Positions 20,261-29,959 of a DNA stretch of 64,000 bases are shown here, one piece after another. The first letter of the stretch is position 1. The number at the start of each line of letters is the position of its first letter. This stretch comes from Marine Group II euryarchaeote MED-G37 (GTDB lineage Archaea > Thermoplasmatota > Poseidoniia > Poseidoniales > Thalassarchaeaceae): contig NTJQ01000005.1 of NCBI GenBank assembly GCA_002457555.1, forward strand, positions 28,335 through 92,334. Direction: 5' to 3'. The notes below the pieces were generated by a model. It saw only the letters and a list, made by a program, of their open reading frames with translations. It was not told the DNA's origin and ran no database searches. The position numbers and the translations under genes are program-made.

Positions 20261-20806
20261 ATGAGTAAGGGGCCAGTCTCGACTAGTCCAAATGGGCCTC
20301 CAAACTTACCCGATGGAATACTCGATGAGTTATCATCTAGAATGACTCGTGATGATGCACCTTTTCTACGGCACCTGACAAAGCAACTTTCCTTGCAGTG
20401 GGCTGACGCTTCCGATACCCGATTGGGTTATACTAGGTTCGAATTTGACCATCATGAATTGTTTCGCAGACGGAGATTGAGGGGCTCACCAGGCCCTATT
20501 ACAATCGCCCTACATCCGCGATTAAAAGATGATGAGAAACTATACTTGCACACTCTAGTGCATGAATTGCTCCATGCTGCAGGATTAGTAGATCATGGGA
20601 ATCAACATAGTGAGTTAGTCAACAAAATTGCGCCCGCACCTAAGTTGTCCGAATCACCTGTTTTGAGAAGCATGCGAGAAGAAGTTCTAGCGGGGCTTCC
20701 TGAACAGTCTTGGATATGTGGAGAATGTGGCCACACATGGGAGAGAAGAAGAGTCTCTTTACCCCAAAGATGTCCGAAATGTGCCCGCCCATTCAGTAGT
20801 CGATAA
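20261..20806 (+). CDS. SprT-like zinc metalloprotease with a C-terminal zinc ribbon
   Basis: TLVHELLH...DH zincin motif; CGECG...CPKC. Confidence 0.75.
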   Translation: MSKGPVSTSPNGPPNLPDGILDELSSRMTRDDAPFLRHLTKQLSLQWADASDTRLGYTRFEFDHHELFRRRRLRGSPGPITIALHPRLKDDEKLYLHTLVHELLHAAGLVDHGNQHSELVNKIAPAPKLSESPVLRSMREEVLAGLPEQSWICGECGHTWERRRVSLPQRCPKCARPFSSR

Positions 20807-20868
20807 TATCTGAGAAGTGAGATAATATCAGCAAAATCACCATGAACTCATAGCAGGTAAGACTAACA

Positions 20869-21612
20869 ATGGATTGGCCACCAACACCAGATGACATCTC
20901 AAATTTGATTGAAGATTTCATCGCTGAGTCTTTTCCAACATTGATGGCAATTATTGCTATCGCTGCCTACTCTGGGTTCGTCTTCATGTTCTATAGACTG
21001 CTGGCGAGAAGGGATATTCTCAATCTGGACTTAAGTAAATATGACCAGACAATGGGTGGAAAGATTCGTGCCTTCTTTAGGACCGCTGCTTGGTTAATAC
21101 AATACGCTTTGGTGATTCCTATTCTAATTGGCTTCTGGACCGTTGTTATGGCAGTAATTCTAACTCTATTAGCGGATGGAAATGATCATGCAAGGAACGC
21201 ATTGATTGCTACATCGGTAGTAGGTTCTGTGCGAATTCTGTCTTATTGGACTGAGGACTTGTCTAGAGATGTTGCAAAGATGTTACCATTTGCAGTTCTT
21301 GGTGTGTTCTTAGTAGGTTCGACGTCTGTAGAATTCGGTGAATTTGAAGAATTGGTTGCAAATCGAAATCAATTGGCTCGGTCTTATGTAAATAGCCTCA
21401 TCCTACTTTCAATATTAGAGACTATTTTACGGATTTATCACGGCATCAGAGAATTGATCGGTGGACAACGTAGAGTTAACAAGAAATTGAAGAAAATCGC
21501 CAAGGAAACCGGTCGCTCAAAGTCGGATATACGTGAAGATATGCTAGATGATGGAATAATCAATCATAGCACGGTTGGCAAGGATAATGAAGGGGAGAGT
21601 TACTCCCCATAG
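20869..21612 (+). CDS. Conserved hypothetical membrane protein
   Basis: About 5 TMs; EDLSRDVAKMLPFAVL segment; 247 aa. Confidence 0.7.
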   Translation: MDWPPTPDDISNLIEDFIAESFPTLMAIIAIAAYSGFVFMFYRLLARRDILNLDLSKYDQTMGGKIRAFFRTAAWLIQYALVIPILIGFWTVVMAVILTLLADGNDHARNALIATSVVGSVRILSYWTEDLSRDVAKMLPFAVLGVFLVGSTSVEFGEFEELVANRNQLARSYVNSLILLSILETILRIYHGIRELIGGQRRVNKKLKKIAKETGRSKSDIREDMLDDGIINHSTVGKDNEGESYSP

Positions 21613-21676
21613 AGCAGTATCATACAGTAGATGTCAAGGTGCAGGTTTCACAAAGGGGAAGTGCCGCGCATGGCAT

Positions 21677-21753
21677 GGGTGCGTGGTGTAGTCTGGATAT
21701 CATGCTGGCCTTCTAAGCCGGTGACCCGGGTTCGAATCCTGGCGCGCCCACCA
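21677..21753 (+). tRNA. tRNA-Arg(TCT), CCA encoded
   Basis: GGGTGCG/CGCGCCC acceptor stem; CTGGC-CT-TCT-AA-GCCGG anticodon arm; GGTTCGAATCC. Confidence 0.96.
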
Positions 21754-21825
21754 CTATCCTCTGCTGATTAATCCCGTAGGGATTCACCGTTTACATCAAA
21801 TACACCGAGCAGGTCGGCGCGCTGC

Positions 21826-21933
21826 ATGAAGCGAGGTTCCCGTGCGTGGAAGAAGGCGGGGAAGCAACGCTGGAAGTGGCGAAAGAAGAAGTTACGAAGG
21901 CGAAAGGCTGCTAGAAAGCAAGCTCGCCAATGA
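21826..21933 (+). CDS. rpl41e: Ribosomal protein eL41 (L41e/eS32)-like, 35 aa
   Basis: Hand translation MKRGSRAWKKAGKQRWKWRKKKLRRRKAARKQARQ*; KWRKK.xRR core matches eL41 (MRAKWRKKRMRR); below the ORF track cutoff. Confidence 0.8.
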   Translation: MKRGSRAWKKAGKQRWKWRKKKLRRRKAARKQARQ

Positions 21934-21939
21934 TTCTAA

Positions 21940-22602
21940 TCAGAGGGAAGAAACGAGGTCCGCGACTACTGATGCCGGATTTCCTGCTTTCGTAACTCCA
22001 CTAGCAAGAAGAACTCCAGTTGTTCCAAGTTCAATTGCCGCTGCAACGTCCGCACCGTTCTTTACTCCTGCACCACAAAGAATCCCTACTTGTTCGGAAA
22101 TCTCCCTAACAGCGCCCGCTGTACCGCTAACTATTGAGGGGTCGGCAGTTGTAACGGAAATATCTCCTCCAATCAATTCAGGTGGTTCGACAGCGACAAA
22201 GTCGGGCTCCAATGCCGTTAGTGCTCGAGCCTCTTCGATGTCTGCAGCACATGCACATACGGTGAATCCTTCCGGAACTTGGTCGAGTAGCATGGCCACG
22301 TGCTCGATTTCCACCTTGTGCTCTGCATGATTAATCAGCGTCCCAGATGCGCCCCTCTCGACTGCAGTTGCAGGGTGTAGCCATCCGGTGTATGAACCAA
22401 ATCCAACAGGGTCGAGATGCTGGCACCAGACTTCTAATTCAGGGGCTGCGGCAACCACGGCAGACAAGTCAAAGGCAGAGACTGCGACAACCATGCGAGC
22501 ATCGGTCTCGACGCTAGCAATCGCCTGAGCGAGGACTTCAGCACTGACGCCATGTGCAGTCTCGTAGGTTTTCATATTGACTACAACAAGAGGTTGGTTC
22601 AC
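21940..22602 (-). CDS. tpiA: Triosephosphate isomerase, archaeal type
   Basis: VNMKTY, TLINHAEH, AVEPPELIG, LCGAGV, GVLLASGV; GTG 22602 preferred (ORF track 22671). Confidence 0.95.
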   Translation of the reverse strand: MNQPLVVVNMKTYETAHGVSAEVLAQAIASVETDARMVVAVSAFDLSAVVAAAPELEVWCQHLDPVGFGSYTGWLHPATAVERGASGTLINHAEHKVEIEHVAMLLDQVPEGFTVCACAADIEEARALTALEPDFVAVEPPELIGGDISVTTADPSIVSGTAGAVREISEQVGILCGAGVKNGADVAAAIELGTTGVLLASGVTKAGNPASVVADLVSSL

Positions 22603-22675
22603 AGGCCTGCGAGAAGCATTAACTCTTTGACGGTGACGGGGATTAATCCAATACCTAGCACTGATTCTCAAGTTT

Positions 22676-23989
22676 ATGGATGATGGACCGCAATGGACGG
22701 AGGAGTCTCTAGGTCATTATTACCATGCAATAAGTCAAATCGACCTAGGTTGGCTAAATAAGCCTACAAGACATCAGTTTAGGTGGAGGAGTTTGAAAGG
22801 CCCTTGGATTACATCTAGGAGGAGGATATCTTCTGGTGAATCACTTATCAGAGATTTTGCAGGTGCCATGCCAACCGATGTTTATGCCTCAACATCATCA
22901 TGGCTAAATCCAGTAAATTTACCTCGACTTAAGGATAAGAAAAGACCTGCGCCGATTCTACTTGACCACATGGTAGTCTTCGACATAGATATGAGACCTT
23001 TTTGTAAGAAAAAACTGGATAATGCAAGGGCCGCAACCTTAGAACTTAGAGAGTGGTTATTGAGTAATACCGACTTAGAAATTCAGCATGTTTCATTCTC
23101 TGGAAGTAAAGGATTCCATCTAATTGCAAATGACCCAGATAGGAGCGCGTTTTCTGAGCCCGATGCAGGAATCAGAGAAGAACTGGTTAGAGAGCAAAGA
23201 AAGAAATTACTGGATAGAGTGATTGCTGCGGGTCACCCTGTTGACCCCGTTGTTACTGCAGATACGCGTAGGATTATCCGAGTCCCAGGAACATTACACG
23301 GGTCAACAGGATGGGTTTGTACGATTCTTGAGGATGATTGGTTAGAGATGCCAATAAGTGATTGGGTAGGAAATATCCAGAGGCATGATTTGGCCATGAA
23401 AATGCCAAAACGACCCCCGTTTGCTTTACCTAGCTTGAAGCTCAAACAAAAATCAGCCTCAAAACCAAAGAAATCTAAATCTGATAATGAGGAATATGTC
23501 AGCATAGAAGTTAGTAGTCACGTACAGGGAACAAAGGATAGATCGGCACTCGTAACGTGGCTTCCTGCTAGGTGGGGCGAACCGATTGAGGCAGTGAAAA
23601 CAGCACAAGAAAAATTCGACAAGGAAAATATCGGACCTGTAGCTTATTGGTATGATGGAAGTAGTGTTCTTGCAATTATTCCTAGAGCAATGCCAAGAGA
23701 TTTCCTTCTCAGTAGATTATCCAAAATAGACCTGAAGAGATTTGAAAATGATCTTAGAAGATTTGAACATTCATGGATTAGGGTTTCCGGTAGAATGAGC
23801 GGAAAAGGGTGGGAATCTGAACTCGCACCAATCACTGTACTGGGCTACGATGCCAGTACAAGATGCCAACATCCATGGTCATCTGCTCATCTAGAGTTGT
23901 GTAATCGTCTTGGCTTACCGATAAAAGTAGATTCTAGTAATTTCGCAGGCAACAAAGATGCGGCCATTAGAATCGCAGTCCGGCGCTGA
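22676..23989 (+). CDS. priS: Archaeo-eukaryotic primase (PriS-like) with an extra C-terminal domain
   Basis: VFDID (motif I), FSGSKGFH (motif II), DPVVTADTRRIIRVPGTLH (motif III); Lys-rich linker then about 165 aa of unknown domain. Confidence 0.75.
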   Translation: MDDGPQWTEESLGHYYHAISQIDLGWLNKPTRHQFRWRSLKGPWITSRRRISSGESLIRDFAGAMPTDVYASTSSWLNPVNLPRLKDKKRPAPILLDHMVVFDIDMRPFCKKKLDNARAATLELREWLLSNTDLEIQHVSFSGSKGFHLIANDPDRSAFSEPDAGIREELVREQRKKLLDRVIAAGHPVDPVVTADTRRIIRVPGTLHGSTGWVCTILEDDWLEMPISDWVGNIQRHDLAMKMPKRPPFALPSLKLKQKSASKPKKSKSDNEEYVSIEVSSHVQGTKDRSALVTWLPARWGEPIEAVKTAQEKFDKENIGPVAYWYDGSSVLAIIPRAMPRDFLLSRLSKIDLKRFENDLRRFEHSWIRVSGRMSGKGWESELAPITVLGYDASTRCQHPWSSAHLELCNRLGLPIKVDSSNFAGNKDAAIRIAVRR

Positions 23990-23996
23990 GTTTATT

Positions 23997-24120
23997 GGCC
24001 CCGGTGTCTACCGCATATTGTCCCGAAGAAGGAGCCTGCGAGGGCAATGACTGCAGAATGCTACGCATTCGACATTAGGTACCTCATCGGCCGCGGCGCC
24101 GGGACAGCGCCGCGGTCACA
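23997..24120 (+). ncRNA. Candidate structured RNA (three-way junction plus GC hairpin), family unknown
   Basis: Stems 24003-10/24076-83, 24017-23/24042-48, 24056-61/24065-70, 24089-99/24107-17; non-canonical pairs are G.U on the plus strand. Confidence 0.35.
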
Positions 24121-24136
24121 CTATCGAGTGATTGCT

Positions 24137-24874
24137 ATGTCGGCTGGAGGACTAGAAATTGTTCTCGGAATTGTTTTTCTATTCTTCGGTGGAATATGGT
24201 CTGCAATCAAGTTTGTTGATGAGCAAACAGATAACAAGTTGGCTTTCTTCATTCCTGCAGTTTTACTATCTATCTTCATACTTATTGGAATTGGAGAGGA
24301 CTTTGTTTTCTATGCATTCCTATTCGCTTTCGGACCAATTATCGTGATGCTAGTGAAAGTTGGACTTGAGCAAGGCAAGGTACCACAGAAGAGGAGTTTT
24401 TCCTCGTTTGACCGAACTGCCCAAAGGAACCCCCAACCACTTAATCTCAACCGTGAGCTGGCCCCCTCTTACATTCGAGCCTATGATCGATTAATCGCAT
24501 ACATAGAGGCGCAAGGAGGGGACATTAAATCACTAGAAGATGCAAGACTGAGGCTCGCAGAAATATGGAGTGTTCCCGAATCGGATGTGGGACGATTCTT
24601 AGACAGCCCCTATGTGATCGAGGTGCTTAACCTCAAAGAAGAAGTTGTTGAGGAAAAGAAAGAAGAAATCATCGGTGATGAATGGTGGGAAGAAGGTTAC
24701 TCTGTCGATAAATCAAATGATGAAACCAAAGAAAAAATCGGTGAAGAGTCTTGCGGACATCCAGGTTGTGAAAATTCAGTCACTGCATTTGACTTCAGGT
24801 GCTATACCTGTCGAAATCGGTTCTGTAAACAGCACGCAGGAACTAGCATTGAGTGTCAGAAATGTTCGAACTAA
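24137..24874 (+). CDS. Membrane protein with a C-terminal AN1-like zinc finger
   Basis: Three N-terminal TMs; CGHPGC-x10-CYTC-x4-CKQH-x6-CQKC; ATG 24137 preferred (ORF track 24047). Confidence 0.7.
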   Translation: MSAGGLEIVLGIVFLFFGGIWSAIKFVDEQTDNKLAFFIPAVLLSIFILIGIGEDFVFYAFLFAFGPIIVMLVKVGLEQGKVPQKRSFSSFDRTAQRNPQPLNLNRELAPSYIRAYDRLIAYIEAQGGDIKSLEDARLRLAEIWSVPESDVGRFLDSPYVIEVLNLKEEVVEEKKEEIIGDEWWEEGYSVDKSNDETKEKIGEESCGHPGCENSVTAFDFRCYTCRNRFCKQHAGTSIECQKCSN

Positions 24875-27682
24875 TCAGAGAAAAATATTCTTCTGATTTA
24901 TCGAAGACTGTGGTACAAGGCCTTGCTTTTTAATTTCCGAAACCATTTCTTTGCCGGACTTACTGTGACCGTACATAACAGCCCCGGGACTCACTTTCTG
25001 ATTCCAATAGTGTTGGAAAATAGCAGCATCATCTTTGTTTTTACAGAGTACCCTCGGAACTGAATGAAACATTGCAAGCTTATTCTTCTTTGAACGAACA
25101 TATTTTGCTAGAACTTCTGGTAGCATTTTACTGAACCAATTGTCCGTGATTATTTTCACTTCTCTAGGAATAACATACCTAGGATTATCTAATGGACCCA
25201 GTATTTCCTGCATTGCTGATGCAAAAATTGCTGATTCCTCTTCATTGGCTTCTTTCAGATATGCTCGCATCCAACCACCACTTCTGGAACCACCTCCAAT
25301 TTCTGCCCCGAAGTTAATCAATCTCAGTTCCTTTAGTGTCAGAGCAACAGCTTCTCCTATTGAAAGTACCAATGAATCATGATTCCATTCTACCAAGCCA
25401 ATAGAAGTTGGAGAGTAAAATTGTCCGCCCCCCAATCCCTCCACTAGATTCATTTTGATTTCCACGGCCTCTTTTGCTTCGGCATTGAAGGGTTGCCCTA
25501 TACCCCAAAGTTCCCTTGTTCTAGACCTATTTCTTGCCCTCATTAACATCTCTTCGTTGAAAACACTCATGGTTTCTGAGACGCCCTCTGGTTTTGCCTC
25601 TGTAAATGCTGCATGTACGTGGCCAACTCCTTTTTCTATGGCACCATCATCACCAACACCGTAGAGTTGTTTGTGCTTTCTTTTGAATCGGAGATAATCA
25701 TCGAAGCCTTTCTCAAATTCATCTGCAAGGCAGATGATATCCCAATTGTTTGCGACCTTCTCGGGCCAAAGTTTGTCTAGCCTGAATGATCTGCCTCTTA
25801 ATTGATTGATGCTCATACTTGTAGTGACGGTTGTAAGATCAATCAGCACATTGATTCTACTCGCATCCCACCCTTCTCCAAGAAGTCCTCTGGTCCCTAC
25901 AAGGCAATTAGTTACACCTTCTTGGAATAATTCTGTAATCATCATCGTGTAATATCTGGGAAGCCAATCCTTACCTTTACCACGGATTTCAAAATATTCA
26001 CCTCGCTTGATATAATCGAACTTAATCTCCAACCCCCTTTCATCAACCCATTGCTCAAAGCGGGGGAGAATATTCTGCAATAAATCATCATCAACAAGAA
26101 CCGTTGTTCCGGTCATCAACACAGGATTCAGTCTATCCGTTGCTTCGGATTGTAACACCGCTCTGTAAGCCGCAACTGCCCCACCTGCCTCTTTGTCCAA
26201 AACACCCTCTACTATCGTGGTAGCTGATGTTTTCTCAAAATCAGTCACAATAACCGCACGGATATCAGGACCCAAAGCTTGCATTTCAGCGGTCAGGATT
26301 TCTTGAAGAGCATCATATTTTGCGGAAGCATACGCCATGACTCTTCCAATCGGCGAGGCACATAATCTAGCTCCGGAGCCAGTTATTTGCACTCCAAGTA
26401 ATCTTAATTTTTGTTTTGCCTCATCAGCCAGAGCGTGATCTTTTTTGTTTCCTGATCGCATTAATCCATTACGAATGTATCTATCGAGAATAATAATCAA
26501 AGTGGTAATACTATTTCCTGAACGAACCATATGTAATTCAGGAGGAGGGACATCGCTTGGAAGACTCCTTCCATAGTGGACTAGAAATCCTCTCGCAGAA
26601 TTTGCCAATCCGGGGTCTCTTCTGGAAAATGAAGTCCAATTTGATGCATTACCTGCTGGTAAATCTAGCTCATCTAATGTTCTGGCTAGCCAAATATCGA
26701 GACCAGGTAACCTATCGCTAGAATCGATAGGGCCTCGCCTTAGATTTTCGATTAATTCTTTGAAATCATTGGTTACATTTGCAATATATTTCAATTCATG
26801 ATCTGAAGGTCTCACGAAATATGCTAAATCTTGGTATGGTGCTAAATTTCCATCTCTCACCAAGGCGGGAACTGGGACCTCATAGTCTACCTCTCCGAAT
26901 AGGTCAAGATACAGATTTTCTTCTTTGGGAGCGTCGGTTACCTCGGGTGGAGTAGCGGTCAAACCCAAAACTACTGGATTGTCTAAAAATTCAACAATTT
27001 CCAATAAAACTCTCCCCCAATGCTCCAATAGATGATGACATTCATCGAGTATGATTAATCCCACACCAGCATCCTTGAGCCTCATTAAATTGGCTTTGGC
27101 AGAGTCATGCAATACCCAAAGGGCATTACCATGTTCTGACAAGTCATCTCGAACCTTTTTCCTGAAATGGCTCATCCTTTCTCCATGATGTTCAGGGTTT
27201 TTTTCTCCCAAATCTTCAATCCAAGATATTGCACTTTCTCGATCGTCCGCCTCGACTAAGTCGTTTACCGGAGTCATCAATTGGCTAATCCAAAGTTCCA
27301 TCGCAGATTCTTCTAAATCGCCACCTCCTCTCTTTGGCAGTGTGACAGATTGGTAAGTTAGAGAGGTAAGTATTCCAGGGTTCTTTGGGTCAGTTCCAAT
27401 CTCATCACCTCTACCGTCCAAATTGAACAATTCCTTTGCCCTCTCTACCCACTGAGCCTGAATCGCAGAATTAGGACTAAGAACCAAGGTTGGTAATCTG
27501 ACCAAATCTGACCATACATACAATCCAAGAACGGTCTTTCCTGAACCAGGTGGGGCTACAATGAGTAATTCTTTGGAATCTCTTTCTAATTCCTTGCGAA
27601 TAATTCCAGATGAGGCTATTTGAGAAGGCCTAAGTTTACCCGAAAAACCAATGTCTCCGAAATCCGAGGCCATAAAATTCAC
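24875..27682 (-). CDS. SF2 DEAD/DEAH-box helicase (ResIII/XPB-like)
   Basis: APPGSGKT, DECHH, GLTAT, LGEGWD, QLRGRSFR. Confidence 0.88.
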   Translation of the reverse strand: MNFMASDFGDIGFSGKLRPSQIASSGIIRKELERDSKELLIVAPPGSGKTVLGLYVWSDLVRLPTLVLSPNSAIQAQWVERAKELFNLDGRGDEIGTDPKNPGILTSLTYQSVTLPKRGGGDLEESAMELWISQLMTPVNDLVEADDRESAISWIEDLGEKNPEHHGERMSHFRKKVRDDLSEHGNALWVLHDSAKANLMRLKDAGVGLIILDECHHLLEHWGRVLLEIVEFLDNPVVLGLTATPPEVTDAPKEENLYLDLFGEVDYEVPVPALVRDGNLAPYQDLAYFVRPSDHELKYIANVTNDFKELIENLRRGPIDSSDRLPGLDIWLARTLDELDLPAGNASNWTSFSRRDPGLANSARGFLVHYGRSLPSDVPPPELHMVRSGNSITTLIIILDRYIRNGLMRSGNKKDHALADEAKQKLRLLGVQITGSGARLCASPIGRVMAYASAKYDALQEILTAEMQALGPDIRAVIVTDFEKTSATTIVEGVLDKEAGGAVAAYRAVLQSEATDRLNPVLMTGTTVLVDDDLLQNILPRFEQWVDERGLEIKFDYIKRGEYFEIRGKGKDWLPRYYTMMITELFQEGVTNCLVGTRGLLGEGWDASRINVLIDLTTVTTSMSINQLRGRSFRLDKLWPEKVANNWDIICLADEFEKGFDDYLRFKRKHKQLYGVGDDGAIEKGVGHVHAAFTEAKPEGVSETMSVFNEEMLMRARNRSRTRELWGIGQPFNAEAKEAVEIKMNLVEGLGGGQFYSPTSIGLVEWNHDSLVLSIGEAVALTLKELRLINFGAEIGGGSRSGGWMRAYLKEANEEESAIFASAMQEILGPLDNPRYVIPREVKIITDNWFSKMLPEVLAKYVRSKKNKLAMFHSVPRVLCKNKDDAAIFQHYWNQKVSPGAVMYGHSKSGKEMVSEIKKQGLVPQSSINQKNIFL

Positions 27683-28641
27683 TCTACTGTTGCACCATGA
27701 TCAAGAATAATTCCATCCAATGATGAACCGTCATGAATCATGGAATTTTTCCCAATGAGGCAATTCCTTATCGAACAATTTTCTCCGATTACTACTTCAT
27801 TAAGAATAACAGAATTTTCTACAGTGCTGCCATTACCGATGCGAGAATTTTCCCCAACTGAACTGGATACTATAGTTCCAGACGTGACAACATTCTCTCC
27901 AAACCATGAGTTACCCATTGATTCGCCTTTAGAATATCTTCCGGAACCAATGCATGCTTGAGTAGCCTCAACAAATGATTCAGGAGTGCCTGCATCAACG
28001 AACATGCCTTCGAAGGGGAATCCATTCAATACTCCATTTTCTGCAATTTTCTCATATACATCTCTCTCCATGCTATGTCGGCCCTCGGGCATGTAATCGA
28101 AAATCTCGGGTTCAAGAAGATAGGTTCCAGCATTGATTAAATTTGAGAATGCTTCTTCGATAGGAGGTTTTTCTTGGAATCTCATTATTTTTCCATTTTC
28201 CTCGATATAATCCGCAACTCCAAATCTCGAAGGATCTTTTACAGGCCAAAGTGAAATTGTAGCAAGGCCTCCGTTCTTCTTGTGGAATTCTAACATATCC
28301 TTCACTTTCAAGCTTGTAATTAAATCTCCATTAATCACACAAAAGGTACCATTTGATAGATATGGGCGACAATTAGCGATTGCTCCTCCAGTTCCCAAAG
28401 GTTCGGTTTCCTCAACGATAACGACCTCGTATGGAAGGTTGATGTTTGAAAAATAATCTCTCATTTGATCCACACCATAACCCGCAGCGATTAGCACCTT
28501 ATCGACTTCAGATTCTGGAAGTACGTTTAGCACATGTTCAATCATTGATTTATCCAAAATCGGGAGAAGTGGCTTAGGGATAGAATTGGTCCATGGCCTA
28601 AGTCGAGTGCCAAATCCGCCCGCCAGAACCACTACGTCCAT
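27679..28641 (-). CDS. Sugar-1-phosphate nucleotidyltransferase (GCD1/mannose-1-P guanylyltransferase-like)
   Basis: LAGGFGTRLRP, PKPLLP, EPLGTGGAI, FQEKP and C-terminal hexapeptide repeats; ATG 28641 (ORF track 28752 overlaps sucC). Confidence 0.9.
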   Translation of the reverse strand: MDVVVLAGGFGTRLRPWTNSIPKPLLPILDKSMIEHVLNVLPESEVDKVLIAAGYGVDQMRDYFSNINLPYEVVIVEETEPLGTGGAIANCRPYLSNGTFCVINGDLITSLKVKDMLEFHKKNGGLATISLWPVKDPSRFGVADYIEENGKIMRFQEKPPIEEAFSNLINAGTYLLEPEIFDYMPEGRHSMERDVYEKIAENGVLNGFPFEGMFVDAGTPESFVEATQACIGSGRYSKGESMGNSWFGENVVTSGTIVSSSVGENSRIGNGSTVENSVILNEVVIGENCSIRNCLIGKNSMIHDGSSLDGIILDHGATVE

Positions 28642-28750
28642 GGTTGGGCGGGTGCAATTACTACTTTCAGCACTTCGTGTCCCCGACGCCTCCTGCACAT
28701 TCACAAGGCGCATCGTTGAAAGACGGATGTTGAGTCGCCGGAGCGTCGAC

Positions 28751-29959
28751 ATGAATATTCACGAGTATCAGGGGAAGGAACTGTTTCGTTCTGCAGGAGT
28801 AAAGGTTCAGGAAGGAGTTCATTGCAAATCTATTGAGGAAGCGCTTGCTGCATACGATTCTCTTGACTCAAAAGTTGTTGCTGTGAAGAGTCAGATTCAT
28901 GCTGGTGGTCGCGGCAAAGGAAATCTATACTGCCCAGATTCAGGAGATTTATTAATGGAAGGTGGAGTTAAAATTGCATTCTCTCGAGATGAGGTTGAAA
29001 CCTATTCGGAAAATATCCTCGGTCATATCCTTGTAACAAAACAAACAGGCCCTGCTGGAAAATTAGTCAGCAATATCTACGTTGAGGCTGGTTGTGAAAT
29101 CGCCCACGAATATTATCTCGCTCTCTTAGTAGATAGGGAAGCAAAGAAGGTGTTAATCATGGCCTCGACTGAGGGTGGGATGGATATAGAAGAAGTAGCT
29201 GAAAGTACACCCGAAGCGATTCACAAAATTTGGGTTGATTCATCAACGGGTTTACTCGAATCGCAAAAAAACGAACTAGGCACGGCACTTGGCCTATTGG
29301 GCGCGGCTTTGGAGGACTTTTTGAGTATGATAGGAAGCCTCTACAATCTATTCTTATCCAACGATTGCGCAATGGTGGAAATCAATCCTTTAGTCCGAAC
29401 TAAATCTGACGAAATAGTGGCTCTTGACGCTAAGGTCGGGTTTGATGAAAACGCCTCATTCAGGCACAAAGAGTGGGAAGATATGAGAGACCTATCTGAA
29501 GAAGAGCCTACTGAAACTCGAGCAAATGAAGCCGGACTCTCTTACGTCAAACTCGATGGTGACATTGGTTGCTTGGTTAACGGTGCAGGCTTGGCCATGG
29601 CAACTATGGATGTAATCAAACTCTACGGCGGCGAACCTGCTAATTTCCTAGATATTGGCGGCGGTGCTGATGAAGCCAAAGTTCAGGAAGCCTTTGAGAT
29701 AATTCTCGAAGACCCCAACGTCAAAGGAATATTAGTCAATATCTTCGGAGGAATCCAACGCTGCGACATTGTTGCAAAAGCCGTACTTGCTGTCTCCGAA
29801 AACATGGGCTTAGAAGTCCCACTGGTGATTCGTCTATCAGGAACGATGTTTGAGGAGGGGCGAGCGATTATCGATGCCTCCGATCTTGATTGTACATCTG
29901 TTGAGACATTGGCTGAAGGTGCCGAAGCAATTGTCGGACTAATTGGAGGTGGTAAGTGA
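28751..29959 (+). CDS. sucC: Succinyl-CoA synthetase beta subunit
   Basis: [48 protein letters not shown]. Confidence 0.97.
   Translation: MNIHEYQGKELFRSAGVKVQEGVHCKSIEEALAAYDSLDSKVVAVKSQIHAGGRGKGNLYCPDSGDLLMEGGVKIAFSRDEVETYSENILGHILVTKQTGPAGKLVSNIYVEAGCEIAHEYYLALLVDREAKKVLIMASTEGGMDIEEVAESTPEAIHKIWVDSSTGLLESQKNELGTALGLLGAALEDFLSMIGSLYNLFLSNDCAMVEINPLVRTKSDEIVALDAKVGFDENASFRHKEWEDMRDLSEEEPTETRANEAGLSYVKLDGDIGCLVNGAGLAMATMDVIKLYGGEPANFLDIGGGADEAKVQEAFEIILEDPNVKGILVNIFGGIQRCDIVAKAVLAVSENMGLEVPLVIRLSGTMFEEGRAIIDASDLDCTSVETLAEGAEAIVGLIGGGK

Noticed and set aside
20040-21800. Integrated element at tRNA-Ala or tRNA-Arg
   Set aside because: No integrase, no duplicated tRNA 3' end, and only two ordinary genes in between
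21842-22330. 162-aa plus-strand ORF in the track
   Set aside because: It is antisense to tpiA and out of frame with the eL41-like ORF, which explains the purine-rich sequence better
24017-24048. SECIS-like GAA/A internal loop after a UGA
   Set aside because: It lacks the three G-C pairs expected after GAA, the UGA is not at a Cys-equivalent site, and no Sec machinery is visible
24050-24120. Hammerhead-like CCGAUGA...GAAU on the minus strand
   Set aside because: The core deviates from CUGANGA/GAAA, there is no NUH site or stable stem II, and wobble pairs favour the plus strand
24875-27682. Helicase as part of a restriction or defence system
   Set aside because: No methyltransferase or nuclease neighbour or motif; it is coupled to a sugar nucleotidyltransferase
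28586-28752. Apparent head-to-head overlap of sucC and the NDP-sugar synthase
   Set aside because: Artefact of longest-ORF calling; family-consistent starts at 28641 and 28751 leave a normal divergent spacer
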